In this document: one piece after another, positions 11,170 through 12,986 of the stretch
Position numbering within the stretch: the first letter of the stretch is position 1
How the letters are laid out: every line of letters begins with the position of its first letter
Source: Paraspadella gotoi
Lineage: Eukaryota > Animalia > Chaetognatha
Length of the DNA: 12,986 nt
NCBI GenBank assembly: GCA_051294375.1
Contig: CM119264.1
Span: 8,602,565 to 8,615,550, forward strand
Reading direction: 5' to 3'
Notes under the pieces: generated by a model
The model's database searches: none
Told to the model about the DNA's origin: nothing
What the model saw: the letters and a program-made list of their open reading frames with translations, nothing else
Translations under genes and position numbers: made by a program

Positions 11170-11173
11170 TTAC

Positions 11174-11272
11174 ATCCGGGTTCCTTTCCGCATCCACGTG
11201 GATGAGCTTTCCAAGTTTGTTGTAGTGGGCGACGACGGGTTTCGTTTGACTGTGAAAAGTCTTTAGTCGCAA
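11174..11272 (-). CDS. AK1: Adenylate kinase (AK1-like), penultimate exon
   Basis: Follows a 75-nt intron; CAG acceptor, GTAAAT donor. LRLKTFHSQTKPVVAHYNKLGKLIHVDAERNPD aligns to AK1 [33 protein letters not shown]. Confidence 0.9.
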
Positions 11273-11347
11273 CTGGTCGATGGACAAGTAAATGGATTTC
11301 TTATAAATCCGACTTTTTTAGAACATTACGATTATCACGCGACTAAC

Positions 11348-11485
11348 CCTGATGGTTTCGTAGTTGTCGTCGGCGCGGCCGCTGGTCTTGGCCCGGTGCA
11401 GCAGCCTCTTGGTCATCGTTTCGTCTTTGGCGTCGAAGTAAAGTACGACGTCGCAGTCGCGAATTTTGCGAGCGAAAGCCAATCC
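11348..11485 (-). CDS. AK1: Adenylate kinase (AK1-like, short LID), internal exon
   Basis: CAG acceptor (11488-11486), GTTAGT donor. GLAFARKIRDCDVVLYFDAKDETMTKRLLHRAKTSGRADDNYETIR contains the RLLxR..SGRxDDNxETI LID motif of the AK1/UMP-CMP kinase group. The exact paralogue is uncertain. Confidence 0.9.
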
Positions 11486-12208
11486 CTGCGCGAGTTTGGG
11501 AGGGTTGGAACAGTGAGTGAGATACAAGTATTCAAATTTTAGAGTCTTTACCAGGTTACCAGTTTACAAGAATACCCTTTGGCTCGTTGGCTATGAGATC
11601 GGTCGATCTGTCCTAACGTCTATTCTCAATATAAAACACACACAGATCCAATTTTCAGTATGACGGGAAAAAAAACTTGAATATACGTAAACTGATAGTG
11701 CGAATCGTTCGAAGATCGTTATGCTATTAATATACTAACGAAAATACATAGTATCACAGTCACAGAGACTTATTGCTGCTTCTGTAGTTAATACAATGTT
11801 GGAAATGATCATGATGATGATGATATAAAATAAACCAGACAATCGAAACAATTGAGGGCAAGATGAAAAAAAGAGGGAGGCGGAAAAAGTCAAAGATCAA
11901 AAGATGAGTGAGGGTGAAAGAACAAGAAGCTAATGGAGGTCAAAATAATGACTGACGTCAAAGAACACCCGATGAAAAAAAAATAGTGACGTGAAAAATA
12001 AAAGATTAAGAAGAGATGAATCTTTTTGAATCTTCTTTTGAATAAGCGCAATGTGTGATTTTATCATTTACAAATGTTGGAAAGATTAAACAACATATCT
12101 TTTTTTCTTTTTTGTTTCATTTTTTCTTATTTTTTCTCTTATTTTACTTTTTCTTTCTTCCTTTATATTAGCCTGCTTACTTTCTCTCCTCTCTCTTTTT
12201 CTCTCCAT

Positions 12209-12675
12209 NNNNNNNNNNATTAAATTCAGAAAAGTTTCCAAATGAACATTTTTCTAAGGGATTATCCTTTTTAAGCAGCACATCAATAAAAATTATATTT
12301 AGAATAGGCAGTAATGTTGAAAATTTTTAAAAAAATCGACGTGATTGGTACCTAAGCTAAAGCTAATGNNNNNNNNNNNNNNNNNNNNNNNNNNNNNNNN
12401 NNNNNNNNNNNNNNNNNNNNNNNNNNNNNNNNNNNNNNNNNNNNNNNNNNNNNNNNNNNNNNNNNNNNNNNNNNNNNNNNNNNNNNNNNNNNNNNNNNNN
12501 NNNNNNNNNNNNNNNNNNNNNNNNNNNNNNNNNNNNNNNNNNNNNNNNNNNNNNNNNNNNNNNNNNNNNNNNNNNAACAACAAAAAAACAAGGCCCAACT
12601 GTACAACGACGAGGCTACGCAACCAGCGCCAAAATCGTGAACGACACAAACAAAAGAACGTTCGTNNNNNNNNNN
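12209..12675. other. Assembly gaps
   Basis: N runs at 12209-12218, 12369-12575 and 12666-12675. Confidence 0.99.
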
Positions 12676-12986
12676 TCGCTCAGAAAAAAAAGACTATCGG
12701 TTTTATTGAATCCTTCTCCAAATAAATAGACAAACGAATACAAACAACATCTACTATACTAATTCTTTCAGTCGTGAATTACTAAATTACGGTAGAAATT
12801 TAATAAACATATTATCCATCATTTCTATAATAACTTTAATGAGAAAAAAAACGAGACCTGCAATGCAATGTATTTAAATAACATTAAATTCAGAAAAAGA
12901 GAGAGATGATAGCGGATATCCAAACCCTGAAGACGAGGAGAATAAGAGTCGAGGAAAAATTCGTCAACTCGAAATTTGCTAGTTGC

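Noticed and set aside
10895-11287. 130-aa ORF as a single AK C-terminal exon
   Set aside because: AK similarity stops at NPD before GTAAAT; a spliced exon at 11066-11019 restores the expected C-terminal helix.
12299-12725. ORFs spanning N runs
   Set aside because: Artefacts of assembly gaps.
12905-12986. Minus-strand FFLDSYSPRLQ resembling AK FLIDGYPR
   Set aside because: Lacks the DG motif and a phase-0 donor; probably chance. Upstream AK exons are likely in a gap or beyond the window.

Overview
Eukaryotic (probably invertebrate metazoan) genomic DNA: AT-rich, spliceosomal introns, many (GA/CT)n microsatellites, three N gaps. Most ORF-track entries are microsatellite read-throughs; the real genes appear only after splicing exons by hand. 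(1) The last two coding exons of a RhoGAP39/Vilse (ARHGAP39) gene on + (2643-2725, 3386-3497). (2) A + strand gene of at least 9 phase-consistent exons (5695-10767) encoding a highly divergent 6-phosphofructokinase catalytic (N-terminal) half. Its frame is intact, but most ATP-binding and catalytic motifs are replaced (TSGGD->IGTKT, SARC->TQSC, GGDGS->GGERT, SIDND->SMEND, MGR->RGD), making it a candidate PFK pseudoenzyme. (3) The last three exons of an AK1-like adenylate kinase on - (11485-11348, 11272-11174, 11066-11019), which ends either inside an intron of the PFK-like gene or antisense to its last exon. Also present: a TA-flanked MITE-like element, candidate Gly/Val-rich extra exons and a minisatellite that starts at a splice donor. 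Homology calls come from my recall of family sequences, not from database searches.
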